Shown here piece after piece: positions 39,169 through 50,025 of a stretch of DNA of 64,000 nt. The notes under the pieces were generated by a model. It was not told the origin of the DNA and ran no database searches. It saw nothing but the letters and a program-made list of their open reading frames with translations. The translations under genes and the position numbers were made by a program. This DNA is from an uncultured Chloroflexia bacterium. Its GTDB lineage: Bacteria; Chloroflexota; Limnocylindria; Limnocylindrales; CSP1-4. Numbering within the stretch: position 1 is the first letter of the stretch; the number at the start of each line of letters is the position of its first letter. The DNA lies in the NCBI GenBank assembly GCA_963766675.1, contig CAVYBA010000002.1:8662-72661 (forward strand), written 5' to 3'.

Positions 39169-40671
39169 TCAGACGACCCGGAGGATGGCTCCGCTCCGGG
39201 CGGGCAGGTCGATCGCCGCTCGCCCATCGACGATCCGTGATTCGGCGACTGGCCCGAGGTCCGGGATGTCGACCGGCGCGAGGTGCCCGCCCGCCCCAGA
39301 CGGCGCGTCCGCCAGCCGCAGGTCGAGCCGGAACGGACCATCGCCCGGGTTGGCGGCAACGACGAACCTCGCGGCCCCGGTCCCCCGCTCGTAGGCGATC
39401 GCCCCGGCGGCCGCGCCCACGACGGTCAGCGGCCCGTCTCGCAGGACCGGCTCGGCGGACCGCAGGTGGAGCAGGGCCCGAACCGTGTCGCGCAACCCGG
39501 GCTCCCAGCTGGCTCGGTCCCACGGAAACGCCCCACGGCAGCTCGGGTCGTTCGCTCCGGTCAGCCCCACTTCGTCGCCGTAGTAGATGCACGGCGCGCC
39601 GGGCAGCGTGGCCTGGAGCAGCACCGCCAGTCTGACCCGGGCCGGGTCGCCGCCGACCACCGTCCGCAGCCTGGGAGCGTCGTGCGACCCCAACAGGTTC
39701 AGCTGCGAGGCGACTACCGACGGGTCGTAGCTGGCATCGAGCTCCCGGATTCTGGTGGCGAACGCCGGACCATCCAGCCGCCGGATGTTCTCGGCATATT
39801 CGTGGTGGCTCCGGACGACTGCCATGTCCAGGTCGGAGCCCCCGGTGAACCCGAGGATCGCCTCCGCGAGCGGGTAGTTCATCAACGCGTCGAACCGATC
39901 GCCCCGGACCCAGTCCGGCGCGACCGACCAGATCTCGCCGACGAGGTAGGCGTCGTCCCGGACGGTTCGACAGCGCGTCCTGAATTCCTGCCAGAAGGCC
40001 TCGTCGTCGATCTCGGTCGGGACGTCGAGGCGCCAGCCGTCGATCCCGAACCGGAGCCAGTGCTCGGCCACGCCGAACAGGTAGTCGCGGACCTGCGGCT
40101 CATCGGTGTTCAGCTTGGGCAGCGCCGGCATGCCCCACCAGGCCTCGTAGCCAAGCGCCGAGGCCGGCGTGCCGGCCGGCGGATAGGCAAGCAGCGAACG
40201 TCCCGCGTGGAGGACCGCGTCGTCGAGGTGGAACCAGCCGGTGTACGGGGAGTCGGACCCGTTCTCCAGGACATGGTGGAACGGCCAGAACCCGCGTCCA
40301 GTGTGATTGAACACGCCGTCGAGGATGACCCGCATGTTCCGGTCGTGGGCGGCATCGAGGAGCTCGCGGAGCGCCGCATTTCCGCCGAGCAGCGGATCGA
40401 CCGTCAGGTAGTCGTACGTGTGATAGCGGTGGTTCGCCGCGGACGCGAAGATCGGGGTCAGGTAGATCGCGCTGATCCCGAGATCCTCGAGGTAGCCGAG
40501 GTGTTCGGCGATCCCGAGCAGGTCGCCGCCCTTGAACCCGTGGACCGTGGGCGGCGCGTCCCACGGCTCGAGGGTCCCGGGCTTCACGACCCGCGTGGAG
40601 GCGGCGAATCGATCCGGGAAGATCTGGTAGAAGATCGCGTCCCGGACCCAGGCCGGCGTGTCGGTACTCAA
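39169..40671 (-). CDS. GH13 cyclomaltodextrinase/neopullulanase-like glycosidase (cytoplasmic)
   Basis: YQIFPDRF, GGDL.G, DGVFNH, DGWRLDV, GEIW, LGSHD, YYGDE. Confidence 0.93.
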   Translation of the reverse strand: MSTDTPAWVRDAIFYQIFPDRFAASTRVVKPGTLEPWDAPPTVHGFKGGDLLGIAEHLGYLEDLGISAIYLTPIFASAANHRYHTYDYLTVDPLLGGNAALRELLDAAHDRNMRVILDGVFNHTGRGFWPFHHVLENGSDSPYTGWFHLDDAVLHAGRSLLAYPPAGTPASALGYEAWWGMPALPKLNTDEPQVRDYLFGVAEHWLRFGIDGWRLDVPTEIDDEAFWQEFRTRCRTVRDDAYLVGEIWSVAPDWVRGDRFDALMNYPLAEAILGFTGGSDLDMAVVRSHHEYAENIRRLDGPAFATRIRELDASYDPSVVASQLNLLGSHDAPRLRTVVGGDPARVRLAVLLQATLPGAPCIYYGDEVGLTGANDPSCRGAFPWDRASWEPGLRDTVRALLHLRSAEPVLRDGPLTVVGAAAGAIAYERGTGAARFVVAANPGDGPFRLDLRLADAPSGAGGHLAPVDIPDLGPVAESRIVDGRAAIDLPARSGAILRVV

Positions 40672-40700
40672 CGCCGCGCCCCTCCTCTATCCTCAGCGCG

Positions 40701-42434
40701 ATGGTCTGCCATCGGTCCCTTGCTCCCCTGCTCCGAGCGGTTGCCCTCGGGGCAACCCTCGCCCTGCTCGCTGGCGCCTGTGGCTCGTCGACGATCAGCC
40801 GGTCGCCGACCTCCGTCACGTCCGGCCCGGCCGTCCCGACGTCGTCGGTCCCAGGTCCGTCGCCCACCTGCGCGCCTTCCGGTTCCCCCTCGGCAAACGG
40901 CCAGGCACCCTGGTGGCGCGATCGGACGTTCTATGAAGTCTTCGTACGTAGCTTCGCCGACTCCGATGGTGATGGTATCGGCGATCTGCGGGGCCTGATA
41001 GACAAGCTCGACTACCTGAACGACGGCAACCCGTCGACGACGACCGATCTCGGCGTGACGGCGCTCTGGCTGATGCCGGTCACCCAATCGCCCAGCTACC
41101 ACGGCTACGACGTCACCGACTACAAGGCCATCGAACAGGACTACGGCACCGCCGACGACTTCCGAGCCTTGATGACGGCCGCGCATGCGCGTGGCATCGA
41201 CGTCATCGTCGACCTGGTCCTCAACCACACGTCGATCGACCATCCGTGGTTCAAGGATGCCAGGACGCCCGGGTCGCAGCACGACGATTGGTATGTCTGG
41301 TCGACCGCCGCCAAGCCACCTTTCGCCGGGCCCGGCGGCAGCGCCGTCTGGCACCGGGACGGCAACCGCTGGTATTACGGCTACTTCGACCAGAGCATGC
41401 CGGACCTCAACCTGCGCAACCCAAAGGTCACCGCGGCCATCGATGACGTCGCGCACTTCTGGCTCGACGATCTCGGCGTGGACGGCTTCCGGCTCGATGC
41501 CGCTCGCCACCTGATCGAGGACGGCAAGACCCTCCAGAACACGCCCGAGACCTTTGCCTGGCTGGCCGGTTTCCGCGATCGCGTCCACGCCGACAAGCCC
41601 GACGCCCTGGTCCTCGGGGAAGACTGGGACCCAACCGTCATCTCGGCCCGCTACGTACGCCAGGGCTCGCTCGACATGGACTTCGAATTCGACTTCGCCG
41701 ATGCCATCGGCGGGTCCATCCGATCGCATGACGCCGGGTCCTACCGGGCGGCCGAGGCCGAGATCCAGGACGGCTACCCGGCTGACGGGTTCGGGACCTT
41801 CCTGTCCAATCACGACCAGAACCGGATCCTGACCCAGCTCGGGGGCGACGTCGGCCGCGCGAAGCTCGCCGCGACCCTCCTGCTCACCAGCCTGGGCGTG
41901 CCGTTCGTGTATTACGGCGAGGAGATCGGGATGACCGGGGCCAAGCCGGACGAGCGGATCCGGACGCCGATGCGCTGGGACGCCACGCCCGTCACGGCCG
42001 GGTTCACCACCGCCGACCCGTGGGAGGCGCTCAGTGGCGACCCTGCCTCGACGAACGTCGCCACCGAATCGGCCGATCCGTCGTCGGTGCTGTCGACGTA
42101 CCGCGACCTCATCCAGCTCCGGACGGCCAATCCGGCCCTGGCGCACGGTGACTGGAGGCCGGTGGACAGCGACAATCGCGCCGTGAATGCCTACCTCCGC
42201 CAGGCGGACGGCGAGACGCTGCTTGTCGTCGCGAACCTCGGGCCGACCCTCATCCAGCGCCCGACGCTGACGCTGGACGCCGGACCCCTGTGCGGGACGA
42301 CCTCGGCCGCAGTCCTGGCCGGGGACGGGACCGTCCGGGCGCCGGTCATCACGGCGACCGGCGGCTTCGTGGACTACGCGCCCGTCGATCAGCTGGGCCC
42401 GGACGCGACGCTCGTCGTCAGGCTGGCCGACTGA
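40701..42434 (+). CDS. GH13 alpha-amylase lipoprotein
   Basis: Lipobox LAGAC; FYEVFVRSF.DSDGDGIGD, DLVLNH, DGFRLDAA, SNHDQ. Confidence 0.9.
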   Translation: MVCHRSLAPLLRAVALGATLALLAGACGSSTISRSPTSVTSGPAVPTSSVPGPSPTCAPSGSPSANGQAPWWRDRTFYEVFVRSFADSDGDGIGDLRGLIDKLDYLNDGNPSTTTDLGVTALWLMPVTQSPSYHGYDVTDYKAIEQDYGTADDFRALMTAAHARGIDVIVDLVLNHTSIDHPWFKDARTPGSQHDDWYVWSTAAKPPFAGPGGSAVWHRDGNRWYYGYFDQSMPDLNLRNPKVTAAIDDVAHFWLDDLGVDGFRLDAARHLIEDGKTLQNTPETFAWLAGFRDRVHADKPDALVLGEDWDPTVISARYVRQGSLDMDFEFDFADAIGGSIRSHDAGSYRAAEAEIQDGYPADGFGTFLSNHDQNRILTQLGGDVGRAKLAATLLLTSLGVPFVYYGEEIGMTGAKPDERIRTPMRWDATPVTAGFTTADPWEALSGDPASTNVATESADPSSVLSTYRDLIQLRTANPALAHGDWRPVDSDNRAVNAYLRQADGETLLVVANLGPTLIQRPTLTLDAGPLCGTTSAAVLAGDGTVRAPVITATGGFVDYAPVDQLGPDATLVVRLAD

Positions 42435-42435
42435 C

Positions 42436-42849
42436 GTGGTCGACCCATCTCGTCCGGCTGCTGCGGCCGGCGATGAGGCACCGCTGCCGGGCAGACCGAA
42501 CCGACCTGCCCTGATCGAGCTTGCCGCCGCCATGCTGATCGTGGCGGGCCTCCTCGGACTGATCAGCCTGTTCGCCCCGGATCCGCGGCGACCCGAAGGC
42601 CTCGAGGGCCTGGCCGTACTGGCGATCGTCCTCAACGTCGGCCAGGTCGTCGTCGGCGTCCTCGTCCGCATGGGCCGGCTCTGGGTGGTCGACGTCAACT
42701 ACGTTGCCGTGCTCGGCTTCCTCGATCTGGCCGGCGCGGCCGGCAGCTCACTGGCGCTGCTGCTCGGCGTGGTCGACCTCGGCGTCCTCGCCGTGCTGTT
42801 CGCCTATCGGTCGTGGTTTGACGGCCGCTGGGCCGAGCCGGCGGCCTGA
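42436..42849 (+). CDS. Small membrane protein (4 TM)
   Basis: Hydrophobic ORF directly after the amylase. Confidence 0.65.
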   Translation: MVDPSRPAAAAGDEAPLPGRPNRPALIELAAAMLIVAGLLGLISLFAPDPRRPEGLEGLAVLAIVLNVGQVVVGVLVRMGRLWVVDVNYVAVLGFLDLAGAAGSSLALLLGVVDLGVLAVLFAYRSWFDGRWAEPAA

Positions 42850-43809
42850 TCAGCCCTTCACGCCGCCGACGGCCAGGCCGCCCACCAGGTAGCGCTGGAA
42901 GAAGAAGAACACGGCCGAGACCGGCAGGGCGAACAGGATCGCGAACGCGGCGAACTCGGACCAGGTCGTCGTCCGAGCGAAGCCGCCGACCATGCTGTTG
43001 AGCGCGATCGCGAGCGTCCAGTTGCTCGGATCGCCGCCCACGAACATGTACGTGGTCAGGTACTCGGTCCAGCCGCCGAGGAAGCCCAGGAACGCCGTCA
43101 CGGCGACCGCCGGGATCGCCAGGGGCAGCACGACGCGGATGAAGATCTGGTTCTGGCTGGCGCCGTCGACGGCGGCAGCCTCCTCGAGATCCTTGGGGAT
43201 CGTGTCCAGGTAGCCCTTGAGGTTCCAGATCGCGAACGGGAGCTGTCCCGAGATCACCGCCAGGGACACGCCTACGAGCGACGCACGGAGGTTGAACGAC
43301 AGGCCCGCGAAATCGATCTTGAACTGGTTGAGGAAGACGTACAGCGGGATGATCACCGCGACCGACGGGAGCATCAGCACGCCGAGGATCGCGATCATCA
43401 GGACCTCGCGGCCGCGGAAGCGGAGGCGCGAGAACGCATACGCGGCGGTCACGCCGATGGCGACCGCGACGACGGCGCTGGACAGCGCGATCTTGAGGCT
43501 GTTGGCCATCAAGCCCGAGGAAGCTGATCGGGTTGTTCGTCGGATGGTCGAGGACCTTGGCGTACGCGTTGAACGACGCGCCCTGGCGGGATCAGGTTGA
43601 GGGCGTCCGGTCGCGCGATGTTCCGCGGATCGATCGACATGCTGAAGATCCAGATGATCGGGAACAGCACGGTCAACAGGATGAACAGGCAGATCAGCTG
43701 CAGGACGATCTGCCGGCCGATCGGCATCCGGCGCTCTTCGCCGCCGCGGGCTCGCGCCGCGCCAGCGTCCGCCGAATGGGAGGCGCCGGGTCGTGGCGAT
43801 GGTGGTCAT
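42850..43809 (-). CDS. malG: Maltose/maltodextrin ABC permease, MalG-like (apparent indels ~43510-43745)
   Basis: NSL..., AAYAFSR, EAA loop IPKDLEEAAAVDGAS, GGVKG end; N-terminal TM in another frame. Confidence 0.8.
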   Translation of the reverse strand: MTTIATTRRLPFGGRWRGASPRRRRAPDADRPADRPAADLPVHPVDRAVPDHLDLQHVDRSAEHRATGRPQPDPARARRSTRTPRSSTIRRTTRSASSGLMANSLKIALSSAVVAVAIGVTAAYAFSRLRFRGREVLMIAILGVLMLPSVAVIIPLYVFLNQFKIDFAGLSFNLRASLVGVSLAVISGQLPFAIWNLKGYLDTIPKDLEEAAAVDGASQNQIFIRVVLPLAIPAVAVTAFLGFLGGWTEYLTTYMFVGGDPSNWTLAIALNSMVGGFARTTTWSEFAAFAILFALPVSAVFFFFQRYLVGGLAVGGVKG

Positions 43810-43838
43810 GTCGTGCTCCTCGTCAACGCGTCGTGCGG

Positions 43839-44855
43839 TCAGTCGGCGTAGCTCTTTGTCGCCTTGGCCAGGCGATTGGTGATCAAGCGTGACCACCAGG
43901 AGCAGGAAGAACAGGTACACCGAGAAGGCCGCCGCGACCCCGAACAGCTGCCGTTCGTTGGCGAGTCGGTAGGCCTGGGTCACCAGGATCTCCGTTCGCC
44001 CGAATGGCTCACCCGACGTCATGAAGTAGGGCAGGAAGAACAGGTTGAACGTGATCACGAAGCCGTAGATCGCGTACGGCAGCATGGCCGGCCGAAGGAA
44101 CGGGATCGTGATCGTCCGGAACTTCTGCCAGGCGCTCGCGCCGTCCATCTCGGCGGCCTCGTACAGGTCGCCGGGGATGCTCTGGAGCGCGCCGGTCGCG
44201 ACCACGGCGTTGAGCGGCCAGCCCAGCCAGGTGTTGGCGGTGATCATCGCGAAGTAGGCGAGCGGCAGCGGGATGAACGGGATCGGGTCGTCTGGCTGGC
44301 GCAGCCAGTTGAGGTGGAACAGCGGGTTGTCGGCCGCGATCCCGATGAGGCCGCCGATGCCCTGGAGCAGGAAGTTGATCGCGCCCGCGTCCGGGTCGAA
44401 CATGTTCCGCCAGACCGTCGCCACGATGATCGACGGGATGACCACCGGCAGGATGAACAGTGCCCGGTAGATCCCGCGGAACATCAGGCCCTTGGTGTTC
44501 AGCACGACGGCGACGAGGACGCCGAAGACCACGTGGACCACGACGTTGCTGAACGCCCACCACAGGTTGAACAGGACGAGGCGGGGGAACTCGAAGTTCG
44601 GGATCTGCAGGTGCGATTCCGCGATCCGGATGTAGTTGTCCAGGCCGACGAACGGCGCCGGCGACCGGGTTGTTCGACCCGGAAGTTCTTCAGCCCGAAG
44701 TCGTGGAAGGACATCCAGACCTGGAAGAGCAGCGGGTAGAACGTGATGATCCCCATCACGATGAACGCGGGTAGCAGGTACAGGTACGGCTGGACGTTGC
44801 GCCGCACCCGCCTCGCTCGAACGGGCTGTGGCAGGGCCGCGGAGGTCGTTGCCAT
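43839..44855 (-). CDS. malF: Maltose/maltodextrin ABC permease, MalF-like (apparent indels)
   Basis: YLYLLPAF, YRALFILP, IPGDLYEAAEMDGAS; pieces in several frames. Confidence 0.8.
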
Positions 44856-44963
44856 GGGCGGACTCCCGTCTACCAGAAGGAGATCACGTTAGGGCCGGAT
44901 CGGCGGAGTATCGGCCCGGGGGCCGGCTCGAATCAATGGTTGGGTCGAGCGGGATCCCGGGAC

Positions 44964-44993
44964 GATCCGGGGCGCCCGAGGGCGCCCCGGATC
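44964..44993. terminator. 14-bp inverted repeat between malE-like and malF-like genes (attenuator or mRNA stabiliser)
   Basis: GATCCGGGGCGCCC-GA-GGGCGCCCCGGATC. Confidence 0.6.
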
Positions 44994-45009
44994 TGGCGTC
45001 CGGCGAAGG

Positions 45010-46290
45010 CTACAGGCCGTTCGCCTGGTTCATCAGTCTTGCACGCGTTGGCGACCGTCGTGCGTCGCGTCGGCGTTCTTGTCGAGCACCTGGTTGACCG
45101 CGTCGCCGAACGGGCCCCAGTAGTTGTTGAACTGCGCGGTCTGCGGGCGGGCGAGGCCGTTGGCCGCCGCGTCGGCGAAGCCCTGGACGAGCGGGTCGTT
45201 GATCGTCACGCCAGGAGCCGCCGGGATGTGGCCGCCCTCGTCGGAGAAGATCTGCTCGTTGGCGGTGCCGACGAACTCGAGGGCGAACGCGACCGCGAGG
45301 TCGATGTTCTTGCTGTTCGGGTTGATGTACCAGCCGTCGGTGCCGGTGAACGGATTGGCCTTGCCGCCGCTGGGGCCGGCCGGGCATGGCTGCCACGGCG
45401 AGCTTGTCGCCGAGCGGCGGTCTTGAAGTCGGCGGTCTGCCACGGGCCGTCGATGACCGCGTTCAGCTTGCCGGTCTGGAAGTCCTGCTTGAGGGCGTTG
45501 CCATCGGTGTAGTACTTGGCACCGGCGGCCTTGAGAGTCCTGGAGAGTACTTGTAGGCGTCGGCGAAGCCGCCCTGATCGGCGACGCACTTGCCGGTGTC
45601 GTCCATCAGCTTGCCGCCGAAGGAGCCGCTGAAGCCGAACATGTGATAGGCGTTCTGGTTGAGCCCGAGCTTGATCGAGCCGTCCTTGACGGCCGCGAGG
45701 AGGGCGTCGGTCGTGGCCGGCGGCGGTCGGGATCGTCGGACTTGTCGTACCAGAGCGCGACGGCCTTGAGCGACTCGGGGACCATGTAGAGCTTGTCGCC
45801 GATTCCTTGGAGCCGTCGACCGACGACCTGGCTGAAGCCGTCGAGCTTGCCCGCGAGGGCGTCGTTCAGGTCGGCGAGGACGCCGGCGTCGGCCTGGCTG
45901 TACAGGTTGTCGTTCGGGGCGATGAACATGTCGGCGCCGCCGCCGGCCGCGACGTCGGTGTTCCACTTGTTGAAGATGTCGCTGAACGGCTGCTCGACGA
46001 CGTTGATCGTGAGGTCGGGGTTGGCCGCCTTGATCCCGTCGAGGATCTTGTTGAAGCCGCCGAGCTCGCCGCCGCCGGAGCGCGTACGACTCCCACAGCG
46101 TGAGCTCGCCGGTCAGAGCCGCTGCGGGCGGCGCTGCCGACTCGGGGGCCGTCGACGGGGCCTCGACGCTCGGCGCCGCGGCCGACGGGGCTTCCGCGCT
46201 CGGCGCGGTCGTGGCGGCGCCGGACGAGCAGGCGGCGGCCACGACGACCACCCCTGCCAGAAGGCCCGCGAAGCGAAGGTTTCGTTTCAT
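45010..46290 (-). CDS. Sugar ABC substrate-binding lipoprotein, MalE-like (multiple apparent indels)
   Basis: Lipobox VAAAC, DMFIAPND, LYMVPES, FQTGK...IDGPW, split across frames. Confidence 0.78.
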
Positions 46291-46416
46291 CGGTTGCTTG
46301 CTACTCCTCTCTCGGGTGACCGATCGGGTCAGATCACCATCTCCCTTGACGATGCCGGCGTAGCCGGCGCCTTGGGCCGGGGGGCCCGAACGTCGATCGC
46401 CATCGGTTGGTCGATC

Positions 46417-47498
46417 TCAGCCGTTGGCCCCGGCCACCTCCTCATGCGCCTTGAGCGGCGCCGGACCGGTGGAGCCGCGCACGATCAGGCGCGTCTCCAG
46501 CCGGCGATGCTCGGGGCTGGCTTGATCCCGTCGTTGGACGACGGACAGAAGCAGGCGGACCGCCTCGGCGCCCTTGCGACGGATCGGCTGGTGGACCGTC
46601 GTGAGCGGGGGGTCCACGTGCGGGGCGAGGTCGATGTCGTCGAATCCGACGACGCTGACGTCGCCCGGGATGGTCAGTCGCAGGTCGCGCAGGGCGCGCA
46701 TCGCGCCGATCGCCATGGCGTCGCTCATGGCCAGGACGGCCGTCGGGCGCATGCCGTCCTCCCAGGCCCGGTTCAGGGCGGCAATCCCGCCGTCGATGCT
46801 GGCCGGCCCGACGACGACGCTCTCGTCGGGGATGTCGATGCCGGCCGCGGCGAACGCCTCGCGATAGCCGCGCAGGCGGCGGCTGGTGACGCCGTCCGGA
46901 TCGATGGCGACCTCGGGCGCCGGCGGCTCGACGCCGATGACCAGGACGTCGCGGTGGCCCGAGGCCGATCAGGTGCTCCGCGGCCGCGCGCGCCCCGCCG
47001 ACGTCGTCGATCTCGACCGAGCCGTGCTCGGGGAGCGCGGTCGAGTCGACCAGGACGATCGGCACGCCGGCCCGCCGGATCTGCTCCACCTCGGGGTGGT
47101 CGTCGCTCAGGCCGATCGCGACCACGCCGTCGACCGTCGCCCGGCTCATCGCCCCGGCCAGCGAACCGTGAAGCGGCGAGATGAAGTGGAGTGCGTACCC
47201 GGACTCCTCGGCGGCGCCGGCGACGCCCTCGCTGAACGCGCCGAAGAACGGGTTCGAGAAGATGACCGACAGGGCCTGGGGCGTGAGCACGCCGATCGTC
47301 AGCGTCTGGCGCTGGGTGAGCATCCGCGCGACGGGGTGCGGGGTGTAGCCCGAGGTGCTCGGCGATCTCGCGGATCCGGAGCGCCGTCTCGGGGGCGAGC
47401 CGATCCGGGCTGTTGAACGCGAACGACACGGCGGTCTTGGACACGCCGGCTTCGCGCGCGACATCGGCAATCCGCGGACGGATGGTGCGTAGCTCCAC
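46417..47498 (-). CDS. LacI-family regulator, MalR-like (apparent indels)
   Basis: RIADVAREAGVSKTAVSFAFN HTH; VSVVGFDD, PPLTTVHQP, LIVRGST. Confidence 0.85.
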
Positions 47499-47589
47499 TC
47501 GGCTCCACTCACGGCGCGGACCGCTCCACACGGGCCGACGCGTCAGGTGGCGGCTCCGAAGGAGGAGGGCTCAAAGCCGCCGTTCGCGT

Positions 47590-47647
47590 GCAAACCGGTT
47601 TAGCAAACCGGTTTAGCGAAGATACGGGGGCGCGCACCCGGTGTCAA
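47590..47647 (-). promoter_or_regulatory. Sigma70-type promoter (TTGACA-N17-TATCTT) with tandem LacI-type operators at +1
   Basis: Minus strand TTGACA 47647-47642, TATCTT 47624-47619; palindromes AAACCGGTTT at 47592-47601 and 47605-47614. Confidence 0.85.
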
Positions 47648-47739
47648 GACCCCAAGTCGTCGCCGGCGGTCCAGGATCGCGTGCCTGCTGCTCGCGGACC
47701 GCGGAGCGCTGCCGGCCTTCCGGGGTACCATGCCGCCCG

Positions 47740-48111
47740 ATGCTCGACGCCATCCGGGCGATGCCGGCCGGCATCCGCCTCTTCCTCGTCTACGCGTTCC
47801 TCATCCTGGCCGGGATCGGCCTCAGCCTGCGCTATGTCGTCGACACGGCGATCGAGGCGTCGGTCAGCTTCGAGGGCGTGGTCGTGATGGCCCTGCTCGC
47901 CTATACGATCTTCACCACGACCCTCGTCCTGCAGCGCAAGGAGGCGGCGCGCGGGCTGGCCCTGGGGCTGGCCAGCCTGATCGTCCCGCTGGTCCCGTTG
48001 CTGGCCCTCAGCCGGCTGCCGGTCGAGGCCGTCTTCGTGGCGGTACTCGGCGTCCTGCTGTTCCGCGGACTGCTCCGACCGGAGGTCCGCGCCTACCTCA
48101 ACGAGCCGTGA
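47740..48111 (+). CDS. Small membrane protein (4 TM)
   Basis: Hydrophobic; -10 TACCAT 8 nt before the ATG. Confidence 0.7.
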   Translation: MLDAIRAMPAGIRLFLVYAFLILAGIGLSLRYVVDTAIEASVSFEGVVVMALLAYTIFTTTLVLQRKEAARGLALGLASLIVPLVPLLALSRLPVEAVFVAVLGVLLFRGLLRPEVRAYLNEP

Positions 48112-48239
48112 CGGGCATTTCCGGACACGCCACGCGCCGCGGGACGGTACCCTCTCGCTGCGCGCCGGGCTGTGCAGCCGTCGAACGCGCCGATCATCCT
48201 GACCCCGTCGACCCGTCCCACCCTACCGAGGCAAGCACC

Positions 48240-49226
48240 GTGAGCAAACCGTCCCGCCGGCGCCAGCAGCCGGCGGCAGCCAGCCCACCACGGGCCGCCC
48301 GGCGGGCGCGCGCCCGTCCGGTCCGGCGACCCCGCCAGGGTCGACCGCTGCCGACGACCCGACCACCGCCTCGACGCGGCCCGGGCCGCCCGCGGCGAGA
48401 CCGGCCGGCGCGTCCGTGCCGGGCGCCCGAGCGGGCCGCCGTGAACGCGCTCGGATCCTGTCCGAGCGGTCGTTCATGGAGCGCTACCGTGGCGCGATCG
48501 TGGCCGTCGCGGCGATCGCCGGCGTCGCGATCATCGCGATCTTCGTCTTCGCCTCCGCATCCGCGTCGGCCTACGCCTGCACCACCCAATGGAGCCCGGA
48601 GGCCACCGCCTCGCCGGCGGCCGGCGCGACCCCCGCGCTCGGCTACGTCCAGCCGGACATGGGCCGGCACGCACGTACACCGTCGGGTCGAAGGTGACCT
48701 ACACGTATTGCCCACCCGCCTCCGGAAACCACTACTTCGCATCCAACGTCGGACCGATTCCGCCCCGCGTCTGTACGCGCCCGAGTGACAGCTGCCGTGC
48801 CGGAAGGCTGGGTCCACAACCTCGAGCACGGCGCCATGGTCATCCTGTATCGCGGCCGTGATGGGGATCCCGGGATCACGAGCGCTGGGCAGGCCGAGCT
48901 CCGGGCACTGTTCGACGGGTTCCCGCCGAGTCCCGTCTGCGGGATCGCTCCGCGCACGAGCCGGGCCCGTGGTCGCCCGCTTCGACGACATGGCCAGGCC
49001 GTATGCGGCGCTCGTGTGGGACCGGGTCCTGCCGCTCCAGACGCTCGACACCGCACAGATCCTCGCCTTCTGGCAGCAATGGGGCGAGAAGACCAACCCG
49101 GAGCAGCAGTGCGCGCCGCCGAGCGCCTCACCGAGCCCAGCCCCCAGCGAGGCGCCCAGCGCCGCGCCGAGTGTGGCGCCAAGCACGGCGCCGGGCACCG
49201 GCTCCAGCGCCCCCAGCCCGAGCTGA
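48240..49226 (+). CDS. DUF3105-like membrane-anchored protein (apparent indels)
   Basis: Y.YCPPASGNHY, WVHNLEHGAMVILY, ALVW motifs in successive frames. Confidence 0.7.
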
Positions 49227-49240
49227 TCGGCGCCGCCCGG

Positions 49241-49994
49241 ATGCGCCAGACCGCGTACGTCCCGCATCCGGGCAAGATCGTCTGCGTCGGCCTCAACTAT
49301 CGGGAGCACGTCACCGAGGGCGGCCGAGGGCTACCGGCCCGGCCGCTGTTGTTCGCCAAGTTCGCGAATACCGTGATCGGCGACGGCGATCCGATCGTCC
49401 GCCCGGAGGGACGCACGCGCTCGACCTCGAGGTCGAGCTCGGCGTGGTCATCGGGACGCGCGCCCATCGCGTGACGGAGGCGCAGGCGCTGGACCACGTG
49501 GCCGGCTACGTCGTGGTCAACGACGTCAGCGCGCGCGACTGGCAGGGCGTCAAGGCGGCGCTCGCCGAGGGCGAGACCGGCGATGGGCAGTGGCTGCGGG
49601 CGAAGGGCTCGGACACGTTCCTGCCGGTCGGTCCGGTCCTCGTCGGCGCCGACGAGATCCCGGATCCGCAGTCGCTCCGCCTGCGCTCCTGGCGGATCCC
49701 GGGCTCCGGAGCGGAGGCGGGTCGTCCGCTGCTCATGCAGGACGGGACCACGGCCGACATGATCTGGGGCGTGGCCGCGCTGCATCGAGTACATCAGCCG
49801 CGTGATCACCCTCGAGCCGGGTGATCTCATCGCCACCGGGACGCCGTCCGGCGTCGGCGTGTTCCGCGACCCACCGGTCTTCCTGCAGCCGGGCGATCGC
49901 GTCCGCTGCGAGATCGACGGGATCGGGTGCGGTGGAGAATCCGGTGGTCGACTGGTCGGCCGACGCGAGGGACGCCGACCGCGCGCATCATTGA
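49241..49994 (+). CDS. Fumarylacetoacetate hydrolase family protein (apparent indels)
   Basis: [48 protein letters not shown]. Confidence 0.82.
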
Positions 49995-50025
49995 CGCCCG
50001 TACCGGAGCCGGGAGGCCCAACGCG

